From Pseudomonadota bacterium (GTDB lineage: Bacteria; Desulfobacterota; Binatia; Binatales; Binataceae), in contig JAJPIF010000025.1 in the NCBI GenBank assembly GCA_021324885.1, positions 46,713 to 110,712 on the forward strand: DNA of 64,000 nt. The letters run 5' to 3'. The position numbers and the translations under genes are program-made. The notes under the pieces were generated by a model. The model searched no databases. It saw nothing but the letters and a program-made list of their open reading frames with translations, and had not been told where the DNA came from. How positions within the stretch are numbered: position 1 is the first letter of the stretch; each line of letters opens with the position of its first letter. Positions 47,398-56,724 of this stretch are shown piece after piece.

Positions 47398-48399
47398 ATG
47401 ACGACTCACAGGTATATACGGGCCAATTCGGTCGAGCGCGCACTCAATATTATCGGCGATCGCTGGTCGCTGCTTATCCTGCGCGATTCTTTTCTGGGCG
47501 TCAGGCGCTTTCAGGACTGGCAGCGGCGCCTTGCAATTCCGCGCCAGCGGCTCGCAGATCGACTGAAAAAGCTGGTCGCTCACCGGGTCCTGCGCAAAGT
47601 ACGGTACGTCGAAAAACCGCCGCGCTACGAGTATCGGCTGACCGCCATGGGTCGCGACCTCTATACAGTCGCCCTGATGATTCGACGCTGGGAAGACCGC
47701 TGGCTGACTGATCGGCGGCAGCGATGGGTTTGGCTGTTCCATTCGACTTGCGGCCGGCACATGGACCCGCGATGCGTGTGCGGCCGCTGCGGCGCGGAGG
47801 TTATTGCCACGCAGACTCGGTTTGAAGACGGCCCGGGGGCAGGACGCGAGCGCGCCCCTGGGCGTGTACAGCGCCGTTCCGAGGCATCGCCCATGGGCGC
47901 GGCCAACCCGCAGTTTTTCATCGAGTTGGCGACCGAGGTGCTGGCCGATCGCTGGACCTACATGGTGATCGGCTGCGCTTTTTTGGGTATACGCCGTTTC
48001 GACGCCATGCGGCGGGAACTTGCGATCGCGACCAATATTCTCGCCGATCGGCTAAGTCGCCTGGTCGACGACGGACTGCTCAAGCGCCTTCCGGCAAGGG
48101 ACCGGGCCGGCGTGTATGACTATGTGCTAACTGAAAAAGGCAAGGATTTCTTTCCGGTCGTGGTGGCGCTGATGACCTGGGGAGACCGATGGCTCGCGGG
48201 TGACAAGGGACCGCCGCTGATCCTCTATCATCAGCCCTGCGGACGGCGACTGGTGCCCAGATTTGTTTGCGACCGTTGCGGAGGCGATTTGCGGCCTCAG
48301 GAGGTCAGCTACCGGCTTGTCGTGGCCCATCAAGCCCCTATCGCAGCAGGCGCCGGTCCGATCGCAACACCGGATGGCATCGAAGCCGACAGGCATTGA
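47398..48399 (+). CDS. HxlR-family transcriptional regulator with two tandem HxlR winged-helix domains
   Basis: 333 aa. Two repeats of the HxlR pattern (RWSLLILRDSFLGVRRFQDWQRRL ... and RWTYMVIGCAFLGIRRFDAMRREL ...). Each repeat is followed by a Cys-x2-Cys ... Cys-x2-Cys cluster (CGRHMDPRCVCGRCG and CGRRLVPRFVCDRCG). Confidence 0.65.
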   Translation: MTTHRYIRANSVERALNIIGDRWSLLILRDSFLGVRRFQDWQRRLAIPRQRLADRLKKLVAHRVLRKVRYVEKPPRYEYRLTAMGRDLYTVALMIRRWEDRWLTDRRQRWVWLFHSTCGRHMDPRCVCGRCGAEVIATQTRFEDGPGAGRERAPGRVQRRSEASPMGAANPQFFIELATEVLADRWTYMVIGCAFLGIRRFDAMRRELAIATNILADRLSRLVDDGLLKRLPARDRAGVYDYVLTEKGKDFFPVVVALMTWGDRWLAGDKGPPLILYHQPCGRRLVPRFVCDRCGGDLRPQEVSYRLVVAHQAPIAAGAGPIATPDGIEADRH

Positions 48400-48437
48400 C
48401 GGAAGCCGGGGCAGGATGGCAGCCCTGAAGGAAACGC

Positions 48438-49298
48438 ATGGCAAATAACTCGGCCGGGAGGCTGACTGTCTTGAACGACGAAGCAAAGGTGGCGGTAATT
48501 ACCGGTGCCGCAATAGCGGACCGTCGTCCTGAACCGGCGCGGTCCGGGCACAAAAGAGAGTCAAATCCTCTGGACAACGCCTGCGCCAGGGTCCTGCACT
48601 GGCTTGACCCGGAGCAAATCGCACAGATGCGGGCGGTGGCCACCCTGGAGCGCGTGCGTGCTCATGCGGTAATTGATCCTGATGACGAAAGCCTTTGGTA
48701 CCTGGCGACCGGCGCGGTCCGGGTCAGTTACATCGACCAGGGCTGCAAGCGTAGAGTGTCAAATTTCCTCGGTCCGGGTGATGCGCTAGGTAACCCTTTC
48801 TTCTGTTCGCCCGGTACTGTCCGAGTCTTCGAAACCATTACCGAAAGCAGCATCCTCAAGATTCCGGCCGAAACCTTCGCTCAAGTTGTCGTCGGAGTGC
48901 CGTGGAAGACCTTCAAGCAATGCGTCACCGCGACTCTCGGCACCGCATTTTCCCTGCTGGCGCTGAATACGCGCTTGCGCGGCGTGCGGGCGATCTCGCG
49001 GGTTGCCCAGGTTTTGCTCGATTTGGCGTCGAGGTTCGGCATCCAGGATTCCAACGGAACCGTGCTAACTGTTCGCATCACCAAGAGCGATCTTGCCGCG
49101 CAGGTGGGATGCTCGCGTCAGCAGTTGACGATATTGCTCAATGAACTTGTCAAGCGGCGCGTGCTGGTGAATCGGGCCGGACGGATGGTTCTGAACCTGC
49201 CGCGTCTGACGACGCTGGCCAAGCTGGGACGCGTGGGTGTCGTGAACCTCGCCAACGCGCCGCTGTCGCGCTGCTTTCAGATCATGGAAAACTCGTGA
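48438..49298 (+). CDS. Crp/Fnr family transcriptional regulator (cNMP-binding + HTH)
   Basis: 286 aa. C-terminal Crp-type HTH (ITKSDLAAQVGCSRQQLTILLNELVKRRVL). N-terminal beta-roll-like region. Confidence 0.65.
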   Translation: MANNSAGRLTVLNDEAKVAVITGAAIADRRPEPARSGHKRESNPLDNACARVLHWLDPEQIAQMRAVATLERVRAHAVIDPDDESLWYLATGAVRVSYIDQGCKRRVSNFLGPGDALGNPFFCSPGTVRVFETITESSILKIPAETFAQVVVGVPWKTFKQCVTATLGTAFSLLALNTRLRGVRAISRVAQVLLDLASRFGIQDSNGTVLTVRITKSDLAAQVGCSRQQLTILLNELVKRRVLVNRAGRMVLNLPRLTTLAKLGRVGVVNLANAPLSRCFQIMENS

Positions 49299-49543
49299 TT
49301 TGACGACTGACGCACCGCGGTGGGGGCGCGCGTGGGCAGCCGGCGCAGCTCGGTCCGGAGCCGCCGCGACGGACAAAATCGGGAATCTGTAAAGTTTCTT
49401 ACATCGCCTCCGCACCGATTCGCCTTGCAGCCCTTTCCTGAGCACACAATAATTTGCCGCGGAATACCTATCGCGCAGGGCTGCAGAGCCAGCGCCTCGA
49501 GGTGTGTCCCGCTCTTCAAGAACCATTGTCAGGAGGCGAGCCG

Positions 49544-50689
49544 ATGACTGCGTTGCGAGTTATCTCTGCCGATTCCCACGTGCTGGAACCGGCGAATCTA
49601 TGGGTCGAGCGCGTGGACAAGCGTTTGCGCGACAAGGCGCCGCGCGTCGAACCGGTCGATGGCGTTCCGTCGTTGATCGCGCCAGGATCGGGCATTCAGC
49701 CGTTTGCGCTGACCGGCTTTTCGGCCGCCGGCAGAAGCGGCGAGGAGCTGACCAATTTCATGGGGACGGGCTATGAGGCTGCGCGCCCGGGCGGCTGGGA
49801 TCCCATGGAAAGACTCAAGGATCAGGAGATCGATGGGCTAGAGGCCGAGGTCATTTACAGCAGCCTCGGGATGCCGCTGTTCGGGTTGGATGATCCTGAA
49901 CTTCAGCAGGCCTGTTTCGCCGCTTACAACGACTGGGTCGCGGAGTTCTGCTCCTACAGTCCCAAGCGGCTTTACGGAGTCGCTCTAATCGGCCTGGACG
50001 ATGTTAAGCAGGGCGTCAAGGAACTGGAGCGGTGCAAAAAAATCGGCTTGCGCGGCGCACTGATCGCGGGCCTGCCACCCGAAGATAAACCCTATAGCAG
50101 CCGAGCTTACGACTCGTTCTGGCAGGCTGCCGCTGAACTGGAGATGCCGATTTCCTTGCACGTTGTCACCGGCGCGCGGCGCAAGCATCTGCTGACTCCG
50201 ACCGCCCAGCAAATCGCCCGGCACGAAGGCGACGCGCCCGGAATCGGTATGATCGCGCTGTACATGTTCCTGACCACGGATGTCCAGCAATCGCTGTTCG
50301 AAATTGTGCTCAGCGGTGTGCTCCAGCGTTTTCCCAAGCTCAAGATTGTATCGGCGGAAAACGACACCGGATGGCTGCCGCACTTCATGTACCGGATGGA
50401 TCACGCCTACAACAAGCTGCATCATCGCGCGAAACTGAACCTTGAGATGACACCGGGCGAATTCATGCGCCGCCAGCTATATGCCACCTTTCAGGATGAC
50501 CCAATCGGTCCGATGACATGGAAGTACTTCGGCGCCGATAACTACATGTGGGCTTCCGATTTTCCCCATCCCGATTCAACTTATCCCGATTCGCACAAGG
50601 TCATCGAAAAAGATTTCCAAAGCGTGCCGGCCGACGTCAAACACAAGATGATTTTCGATAACGTCCGCCGGCTTTACGGAATCGACTGA
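49544..50689 (+). CDS. amidohydrolase-2 family protein (ACMSD/decarboxylase-hydratase type)
   Basis: Start at ATG 49544 preceded by AGGAGG (49531-49536). SADSHVLEP metal-binding His pair near the N-terminus, DFPHPD near the C-terminus. Confidence 0.7.
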   Translation: MTALRVISADSHVLEPANLWVERVDKRLRDKAPRVEPVDGVPSLIAPGSGIQPFALTGFSAAGRSGEELTNFMGTGYEAARPGGWDPMERLKDQEIDGLEAEVIYSSLGMPLFGLDDPELQQACFAAYNDWVAEFCSYSPKRLYGVALIGLDDVKQGVKELERCKKIGLRGALIAGLPPEDKPYSSRAYDSFWQAAAELEMPISLHVVTGARRKHLLTPTAQQIARHEGDAPGIGMIALYMFLTTDVQQSLFEIVLSGVLQRFPKLKIVSAENDTGWLPHFMYRMDHAYNKLHHRAKLNLEMTPGEFMRRQLYATFQDDPIGPMTWKYFGADNYMWASDFPHPDSTYPDSHKVIEKDFQSVPADVKHKMIFDNVRRLYGID

Positions 50690-50813
50690 ACGCAGGCCGC
50701 TGAGGACGCCGCCGGTTGCCGCGAACCGGAGCGCCCGCCGGCGGGCAAGGCAGGCGCCCAGCCAATTCGACACCATGGTGCACCAAGTGACCGCAAAATC
50801 GACCCGTGGGGCT

Positions 50814-52184
50814 ATGAGCGTACAAAGGCGAATATTGAGCTCGCACCCGCTCGCCTGGGCATTGGCGCTGTACGTGATGTGCGCCGTGACCCCGTTATGG
50901 GCCCACGCTCAGCAATTTGACCTCAACTCCTACAAGGCCCTGGTTGACGCCGAGAGCTCCGAAACCGTGCCGGTGGGCACCCATATAACGATTCACAACT
51001 GGCAGAAATACCGTAACTTTTTCGGGATCGGCGAGCAGGCACTTTACAGCGGCAGATACCAGTTTCACGTCGGCGATGGCCCCGACTACGAGGTGGTGGT
51101 CGGACCAACTACGAAGTTCAAGGAGCCCAGTGTCCTGATTCGCGACACCGAGAAATACAGCTCACAGGTGCGGCTGATTCCGACCGCCGCCGGCTCGTAT
51201 ACGCTGGATGGCTGGGTGGCCGGCTGGCCCTTTCCCAATCCCAAAGAGCCGCAGCGCGCTTACAAGGCCTACTTCGACGCATGGGGCGCGTGGTTGCCGG
51301 AAATTTACTACTTCCATTTCGGCACTCCGAACGGCGATCGCTTCTACAACCATTATGTCACTGCGGGCGATTTGGTCGCTTATCGTCTGATGCATCGCAG
51401 CGATCCGGGTATCCCGGTGGATTTTCCTGGAAATTCAGGCTTTCTCGCCTCGCAATATATCGAGGTATTTTCTCCTGAGCAGTCCAAGTATACGACCCAG
51501 CTCACGATGTTTCGCGACGATCCAAACCGGCTCAATGAGATCTACGTGTTCCTGCCCTCGCTGCGCAGGGCGTTGCGCCTGTCCGAGGCGGCAAGATGCT
51601 CGCCGATCCTGGGCAGCGATTATCTCAACGACGACAACAACAACGGCACCAACCTGGTGGTCGGTGACTTTCACATGGAGTATATAGGTCAGAAGAAGAT
51701 ACTCGCCATAGTCAATGGGCCGGAAAAAGTCACCGAGACTCAGGAGGAGGCCAACACCACCGTAACCGACCACCCACCGCTTGGTGGATGGCCCGTGGTC
51801 AGAGTGCTGGGCCCGTGGGAAGTGCGCAAGGCAGACGTGATCCGGATTACGCCGATTGCCGAAGCGGTGGGAAGTACCTACTGCTACTCAAACCAGGTTA
51901 TCTACCTGGACTCGGAGTTCCACCTGCCGCTGACGCGCGATGTATACGATGCCGGCGGCAAACTGTGGAAGGTCACCGTCCTGAACTATCTGCCGACCAG
52001 GATTTACGACGGGTTCATGCCGCTTGCCTCCTATTCGAGTTCCAACGCGATCATTGATTTGCAGAATTTGCACTATTCGGTGTCAGCCGTGGCGATGAAG
52101 AAAATTGGCGACCAGGTTCCGAAACGTTATCGCGACATCAGCGTTAGAGCGTTTCCGCGCGGCCTCGAACAGGTTATGCAATAG
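50814..52184 (+). CDS. secreted hypothetical protein (DUF1329/LolA-like suspected)
   Basis: ORF from 50775. Signal peptide starts at internal Met (MSVQRRILSSHPLAWALALYVMCAVTPLWAHA). Family assignment is tentative and from memory. Confidence 0.4.
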   Translation: MSVQRRILSSHPLAWALALYVMCAVTPLWAHAQQFDLNSYKALVDAESSETVPVGTHITIHNWQKYRNFFGIGEQALYSGRYQFHVGDGPDYEVVVGPTTKFKEPSVLIRDTEKYSSQVRLIPTAAGSYTLDGWVAGWPFPNPKEPQRAYKAYFDAWGAWLPEIYYFHFGTPNGDRFYNHYVTAGDLVAYRLMHRSDPGIPVDFPGNSGFLASQYIEVFSPEQSKYTTQLTMFRDDPNRLNEIYVFLPSLRRALRLSEAARCSPILGSDYLNDDNNNGTNLVVGDFHMEYIGQKKILAIVNGPEKVTETQEEANTTVTDHPPLGGWPVVRVLGPWEVRKADVIRITPIAEAVGSTYCYSNQVIYLDSEFHLPLTRDVYDAGGKLWKVTVLNYLPTRIYDGFMPLASYSSSNAIIDLQNLHYSVSAVAMKKIGDQVPKRYRDISVRAFPRGLEQVMQ

Positions 52185-52334
52185 CTCCGCGCGAGCGCCC
52201 CACTTTAGACGCGGCCCCGCGCCGACCCACGGATCCGTGGCCGCGCATCGGGGCAGGGCGGATCGATCAGAGCATCTACGTGTTGGACACCCGGGGCGCG
52301 GGGATGCTGGCTCTGGAACGCGTTTTGAAAATTA

Positions 52335-52562
52335 AACGCGATCCACTGGGGATCGGCACGCGACAGTTTCCTGCGCCGGGCAAGCTGCAAAATCCGCCGG
52401 CACAATCCGGTGGGCGACATCCTGTTTATCCGGGGTAAGGTGACGCGCAGGTATATCGAGGGCGCACAGCACCTGGTGGAAATCGAGCAGGAAGCGCACA
52501 ACCAGGATGGCGAGCTGTCAGTGGTGGGAAGCGGCGTCGTGCAACTGCCGAGCCGCTCCTGA
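52335..52562 (+). pseudogene. MaoC-like (R)-specific enoyl-CoA hydratase hotdog-fold gene fragment (C-terminal half only)
   Basis: Stop-to-stop frame translated by hand: RIHWGSARDSFLRRASCKIRRHNPVGDILFIRGKVTRRYIEGAQHLVEIEQEAHNQDGELSVVGSGVVQLPSRS. Matches the C-terminal beta-strands of MaoC dehydratases. No start codon or N-terminal half, and only about 150 bp separate it from the upstream gene. Confidence 0.45.
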
Positions 52563-52957
52563 CGTATTTGTCCGAGTGCATTTCCAGCTATGCCGACCGC
52601 GGATGCGTGCTCTTTGCACCAGGTTGGAAGTTTCCGCTTGCCTGACTTGGCGCTGAAAAACCAATTGAAGTAGCCGGTCCCCTTCGAACCGATAGTTCGC
52701 CGCCTAACTGGCCTGGAGGCTTGCTGGAAAACATCCGGAGCCACAAGGCAGCAAGCATGGAGGGTGGCGGTTGCCGCCTATGCACAACAGGCGTATCGTC
52801 AAGCTCGATGCGGAGCCGATGGGCCGCGGCAGGTGCTCGCTGGGATCGACGATCCGCTCGCCCATCAAGCCCCCGAAGTTGCTGTCTTTTCGCAAGGCCC
52901 CAGAAAAATCGGCTTCGTGCGGTCGGTACTTCCGAGCCTGATGCCGGGCTCGAAGAG

Positions 52958-54112
52958 ATGTTCGTGACGAAGGCTGAGGAGCCAATTGTGGATAGCGACG
53001 CAACTGACGATCAGAAGGTGCTGCTGGACGCCTCGGTTCGCTTCATGCAACAGGTATGTCCACTAACTCGGGTGCGGGAGCGCGCCTATAGCAACATCAC
53101 CTATGCGGCCGAATATCGGCGCCAGGCCGGCGAATTGGGATGGTTTTCGATGCTGGTTCCTGAAGACCTGGGCGGAGGTAACGTCTCCGGAAACGGCGTC
53201 CTCGACGCGGCGCTGGTTGCCTATAAGCGCGGCGCCACGCTTCAGCCTGGGCCGTTCACCGGGACCAACGTCGTTGCCCACGCCTTATCGACTGCAGGCA
53301 GCAAGGAGCAACGCCAAAAAGTGCTGCCCGCACTGATGTCCGGGGAGGCGTCAGCATCCTGGGCCATTTCTCCTCCCGCCGGGCATCCGGCGATGGAGGA
53401 CGGTGTCAGCGCGGAGTTCAGAGGCGGCGCCTGTGTGCTGTCGGGCTGCAAGACCTTCGTCCAGGACGTCGATGAATCCTGTTGGCTACTGGTTACGGCC
53501 AGGTCGAATGCCGGGGTTTCTCAGTTTTTAGTGCCGCCGGGCACGCCCGCCGTCAGGGTTGTGGCGCTCGACTCGCTCGACATCAGCCGCCAGTTCTCGG
53601 AGGTGCATTTCGAAGGCGCACAACTGCCGGCCTCCGCTCTGGTCGGTATGGAAGGGAAAGCCTTTGATCTCGTCGCCCACCAGTCGGCTATCGCAGCGGT
53701 ACTGACGGCGGCGGAATCGGTTGGCGCAATGGATCACGAGTTCGAAATGACGCTGCGCTACGCCAAGGATCGGATTGCGTTCGGACGCCCAATTGGCTCA
53801 TTTCAGGCGATAAAACACTTGCTGGCCGACATGAGCCTGATGCTCGAGATGAGCAAGGCGATAACTTTGGCGGCAGCCAGGAGCCTCGGCAGCGACGATG
53901 GATACGGCCTTGAGGCAGCGAGCATGGCAAAGGCATTCGTCGGGGACGCCGGGGTGGACCTCGCGCAGAATTGCTTCCAGATTTTCGGCGGCATTGGGTT
54001 TACGTGGGAGCACGACCAGCACCTGTATCTGCGCCGTCTCACCACGGACGCGGCACTGTACGGTGACCCGGCGTGGCACCGCGAGCGCTTATGTCAATTG
54101 TCGAAGCTTTGA
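52958..54112 (+). CDS. acyl-CoA dehydrogenase family protein (subunit 1 of tandem pair)
   Basis: ORF 52721..54112 but conserved ACAD sequence begins at ATG 52958. C-terminal FGGIGFTWEHDQHLYLRR matches the ACAD C-terminal helix region. Confidence 0.65.
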   Translation: MFVTKAEEPIVDSDATDDQKVLLDASVRFMQQVCPLTRVRERAYSNITYAAEYRRQAGELGWFSMLVPEDLGGGNVSGNGVLDAALVAYKRGATLQPGPFTGTNVVAHALSTAGSKEQRQKVLPALMSGEASASWAISPPAGHPAMEDGVSAEFRGGACVLSGCKTFVQDVDESCWLLVTARSNAGVSQFLVPPGTPAVRVVALDSLDISRQFSEVHFEGAQLPASALVGMEGKAFDLVAHQSAIAAVLTAAESVGAMDHEFEMTLRYAKDRIAFGRPIGSFQAIKHLLADMSLMLEMSKAITLAAARSLGSDDGYGLEAASMAKAFVGDAGVDLAQNCFQIFGGIGFTWEHDQHLYLRRLTTDAALYGDPAWHRERLCQLSKL

Positions 54113-54120
54113 GCGAAGGG

Positions 54121-55389
54121 ATGCGGAAAATGGAAACCGATGTTACGGACCTGGAGGAGTTTCGCAAGGAAGTGCGCGCCTGGCTGGCGGCCAACCTGAA
54201 ACGCCGGCGCTATTCCGGTCCCCAGGCGGCTCGAACTGAGACCAAAACGCCGGAAGAAATCGCTGAAAGCCGAGCCCTTCAGCGCAAGCTTTTCGATGCC
54301 GGATACGCGGGCATCTCGTTTCCCAAAGAATACGGCGGCCGAGGTCTCAGCGCGGCTCACGAGCGCGTCTTCCGCGAGGAGTCCGCCGGCTATGTGATGC
54401 CTGATTTCGGCGCCGCCGGCGCTGTCACCTTCAGCGCGATTGCCCGTTCCATGCTCGCTCACGCCTCACCCAGCTTTCTTCGACGGCACATGCCGAAGAT
54501 CCTGTCCGGTGAAGAGATCTGGTGCCAGTTCTACTCCGAGCCGGCAGCCGGTTCCGATCTGGCGGGAATCCGCACGCGGGCGACTCGCGACGGAGATCGC
54601 TGGATTCTGAATGGTTCGAAGATTTGGAGCACCGGCGCATACTACGCGGACTTTGCCATGTGTCTTGCCCGGACCGACTGGGATGTTCCCAAGCATCGTG
54701 GGCTGACGTGGTTTGCCGTCTCAACCAAGGCCGAGGGTCTGACCATCCGGCCGATCGTTCAGATCGACGGGGAAGCCGGCTTCTGCCAGGAATTTCTCGA
54801 TGACGTCGTGGTCAGCTCCGACGAGGTCATCGGTGAGGTCAATCAGGGATGGGCGGTTGCGCAGACGATGCTGGTCTATGAGCGAGGCGCCGGACAGGCG
54901 GGCCCGGTGGTTCTGGAGCCTCGCACACTGGCGCCCGATCTGGTTGCACTGGCCCGCAAGGTCGGACGCTCTAACGATCCGGTCGTGCGACAGTCGATCG
55001 CCCGCGCTCACATCAACGACTATGCGCAATATCATCTCGGCAAACGCATTGCCGCGCGCCTGCGCGCCTCCGACCAACCTCAGCCTGCCGTGGCTGCGTA
55101 CGGCAAGCTTGCTTCAGGGACATTTTCCCCAATCCGGGCCCGGATTGCGGTCGAGATCGGCGGGCCTGAGGCGCTGCTTTGGCACCCGGACGACAAAAGG
55201 GGGATGCGCTATGCGGTTAACTATCTCAACGGTCGGATGACTTCGATCGCTGCCGGCACCAACGAGATGCAGCGCAACGGGATCGGTGAGCGGGTGCTGG
55301 GACTTCCGCGAGAACCCAGCTTCGATTCCAACAGGCCTTTTTCCGAGGTCATCGCCAACGCCCGCAACTGGGACGGTCGCGTGAGCTGA
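54121..55389 (+). CDS. acyl-CoA dehydrogenase family protein (subunit 2 of tandem pair)
   Basis: Start 9 nt after the stop of the preceding ACAD. ACAD pattern throughout. Canonical IYEGT region reads IAAGTNEMQR. Confidence 0.65.
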   Translation: MRKMETDVTDLEEFRKEVRAWLAANLKRRRYSGPQAARTETKTPEEIAESRALQRKLFDAGYAGISFPKEYGGRGLSAAHERVFREESAGYVMPDFGAAGAVTFSAIARSMLAHASPSFLRRHMPKILSGEEIWCQFYSEPAAGSDLAGIRTRATRDGDRWILNGSKIWSTGAYYADFAMCLARTDWDVPKHRGLTWFAVSTKAEGLTIRPIVQIDGEAGFCQEFLDDVVVSSDEVIGEVNQGWAVAQTMLVYERGAGQAGPVVLEPRTLAPDLVALARKVGRSNDPVVRQSIARAHINDYAQYHLGKRIAARLRASDQPQPAVAAYGKLASGTFSPIRARIAVEIGGPEALLWHPDDKRGMRYAVNYLNGRMTSIAAGTNEMQRNGIGERVLGLPREPSFDSNRPFSEVIANARNWDGRVS

Positions 55390-55961
55390 TCCTGCTTGAG
55401 TAGCGACCGTTCCCAATCGTTGTCCGCGGGTGAGCTTCTCTGACGGACCGCCTCCCGCTTTAAAAAGCCCGCGGACGTTGGGCTGGTACGCCGCTTTCTG
55501 ACAAGCGCGTTCAATCCGCAAACGCCGTCGCTGCGCACCGATACAATCGAGTACTTCCCGTTAACCTTGCAAACGGTTATATGGAGTTCGTGCGGCTGCC
55601 CTGGGTGAGTAGATTAATCTTGTATTGCGCGCTGCTGATGCTGGCTCGATGCGAACGGGTGGAGGGCCCGCCGCAGTTTATGGCGCCACCGATGCCGCCA
55701 CCCCTGACGGCCACGATTCCGGCTTACGGCACGCCGCTTGAACCGCAACCGCATCCGAAGATGCAGCAGGCGGAAATACCACATGTTCCACCCCGCCCCT
55801 CGCCGCAATCATTGCCCAGCCCCGAGCCGCAGGGTGCGGAGCCGAACTAAGCGCTTTTCGCCCTTTTCAATAAACCTCGGCGACCGCACTGGAGCTTGGA
55901 CGGCCATCCTTAATTCGATAACTGCTATTCGGGCTGCATTCGCGCAGGAGGAGAGAGCGTC

Positions 55962-56375
55962 ATGAGTAATCTTACCGTGGAAGATCGCATGGAATTGCAC
56001 GAGATCGCGGCACGCTATGGCGATTTGATCGACCATCGCGACTGGGAGGGCTTGGCTTCCGTATTCACGGCCGACGCCGTGTTCGACGCCACTGACCTCG
56101 GCATGCCGCTGCTCAACGGGCTCGACGCCATCCGTAAGCACATGGATGAGTCGTCAGATCATCCACTGGGTCATCACATTACCAACATCTATGTTGAAAC
56201 TGCTGGCGGCGAGGTCTTCTTACGCACCCGCATCATCGCCGCCGGGCATCGGGGGCGCGTGGGCTCGGCAAGCTACCGAGACCGCGTTGTAAAGACGGCT
56301 GCAGGCTGGCGGATTCAACATCGCCTCGTCACGCTGCGGCGCAGTTGGAAAGTGTCGCGAAAATCGGCCGTATAA
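55962..56375 (+). CDS. SnoaL-like / NTF2 family protein
   Basis: 137 aa. Pattern (MELHEIAARYGDLIDHRDWEGLASVFTADAVFD ... GWRIQHR) typical of SnoaL-like cone-fold. Confidence 0.6.
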   Translation: MSNLTVEDRMELHEIAARYGDLIDHRDWEGLASVFTADAVFDATDLGMPLLNGLDAIRKHMDESSDHPLGHHITNIYVETAGGEVFLRTRIIAAGHRGRVGSASYRDRVVKTAAGWRIQHRLVTLRRSWKVSRKSAV

Positions 56376-56517
56376 AGCCGCTTGGAAGGTTGCCATGTCT
56401 TCGACACGGCTTCGCGATGACTCGGTGGACCAGGATCAGGGCGGGACGGTTCTGGCGGTCGGCTCAAGTCGCCGCCTTCCCGCATACCGGCAATTGCCGA
56501 CTACGATTACGCCGGCG

Positions 56518-56724
56518 CTAGATGCTGGCGCCGATACTGCTCAACGCGCTGCTGATCTGACCCGCGAAGGCGATAACCCCAGCCGCGATCGCGATACCCA
56601 CCAAGCCCATAATGATGGTGCATTCGACAAACCGCCGAGATTCGGCCCATTGTAATCTAAGGAAGGTCTTAGCCACCCCACCATCTACTCGTTTCACTGC
56701 CGATCGCGCCATCTCCGGTCTCAC
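56518..56724 (-). CDS. orphan Flp-like small membrane protein (possible divergent Flp pilin)
   Basis: 68 aa. C-terminal half FVECTIIMGLVGIAIAAGVIAFAGQISSALSSIGASI mirrors Flp pilins (E + aromatic, then IAxLIA... helix) but has EC instead of EY and no Gly at -1. Confidence 0.35.
   Translation of the reverse strand: MRPEMARSAVKRVDGGVAKTFLRLQWAESRRFVECTIIMGLVGIAIAAGVIAFAGQISSALSSIGASI

Noticed and set aside
55581-55850. 89-aa proline-rich ORF between the ACAD pair and the SnoaL gene
   Set aside because: Proline/glutamine low-complexity. The hydrophobic N-terminus lacks a proper lipobox or signal cleavage site. Likely non-coding, but cannot be excluded.
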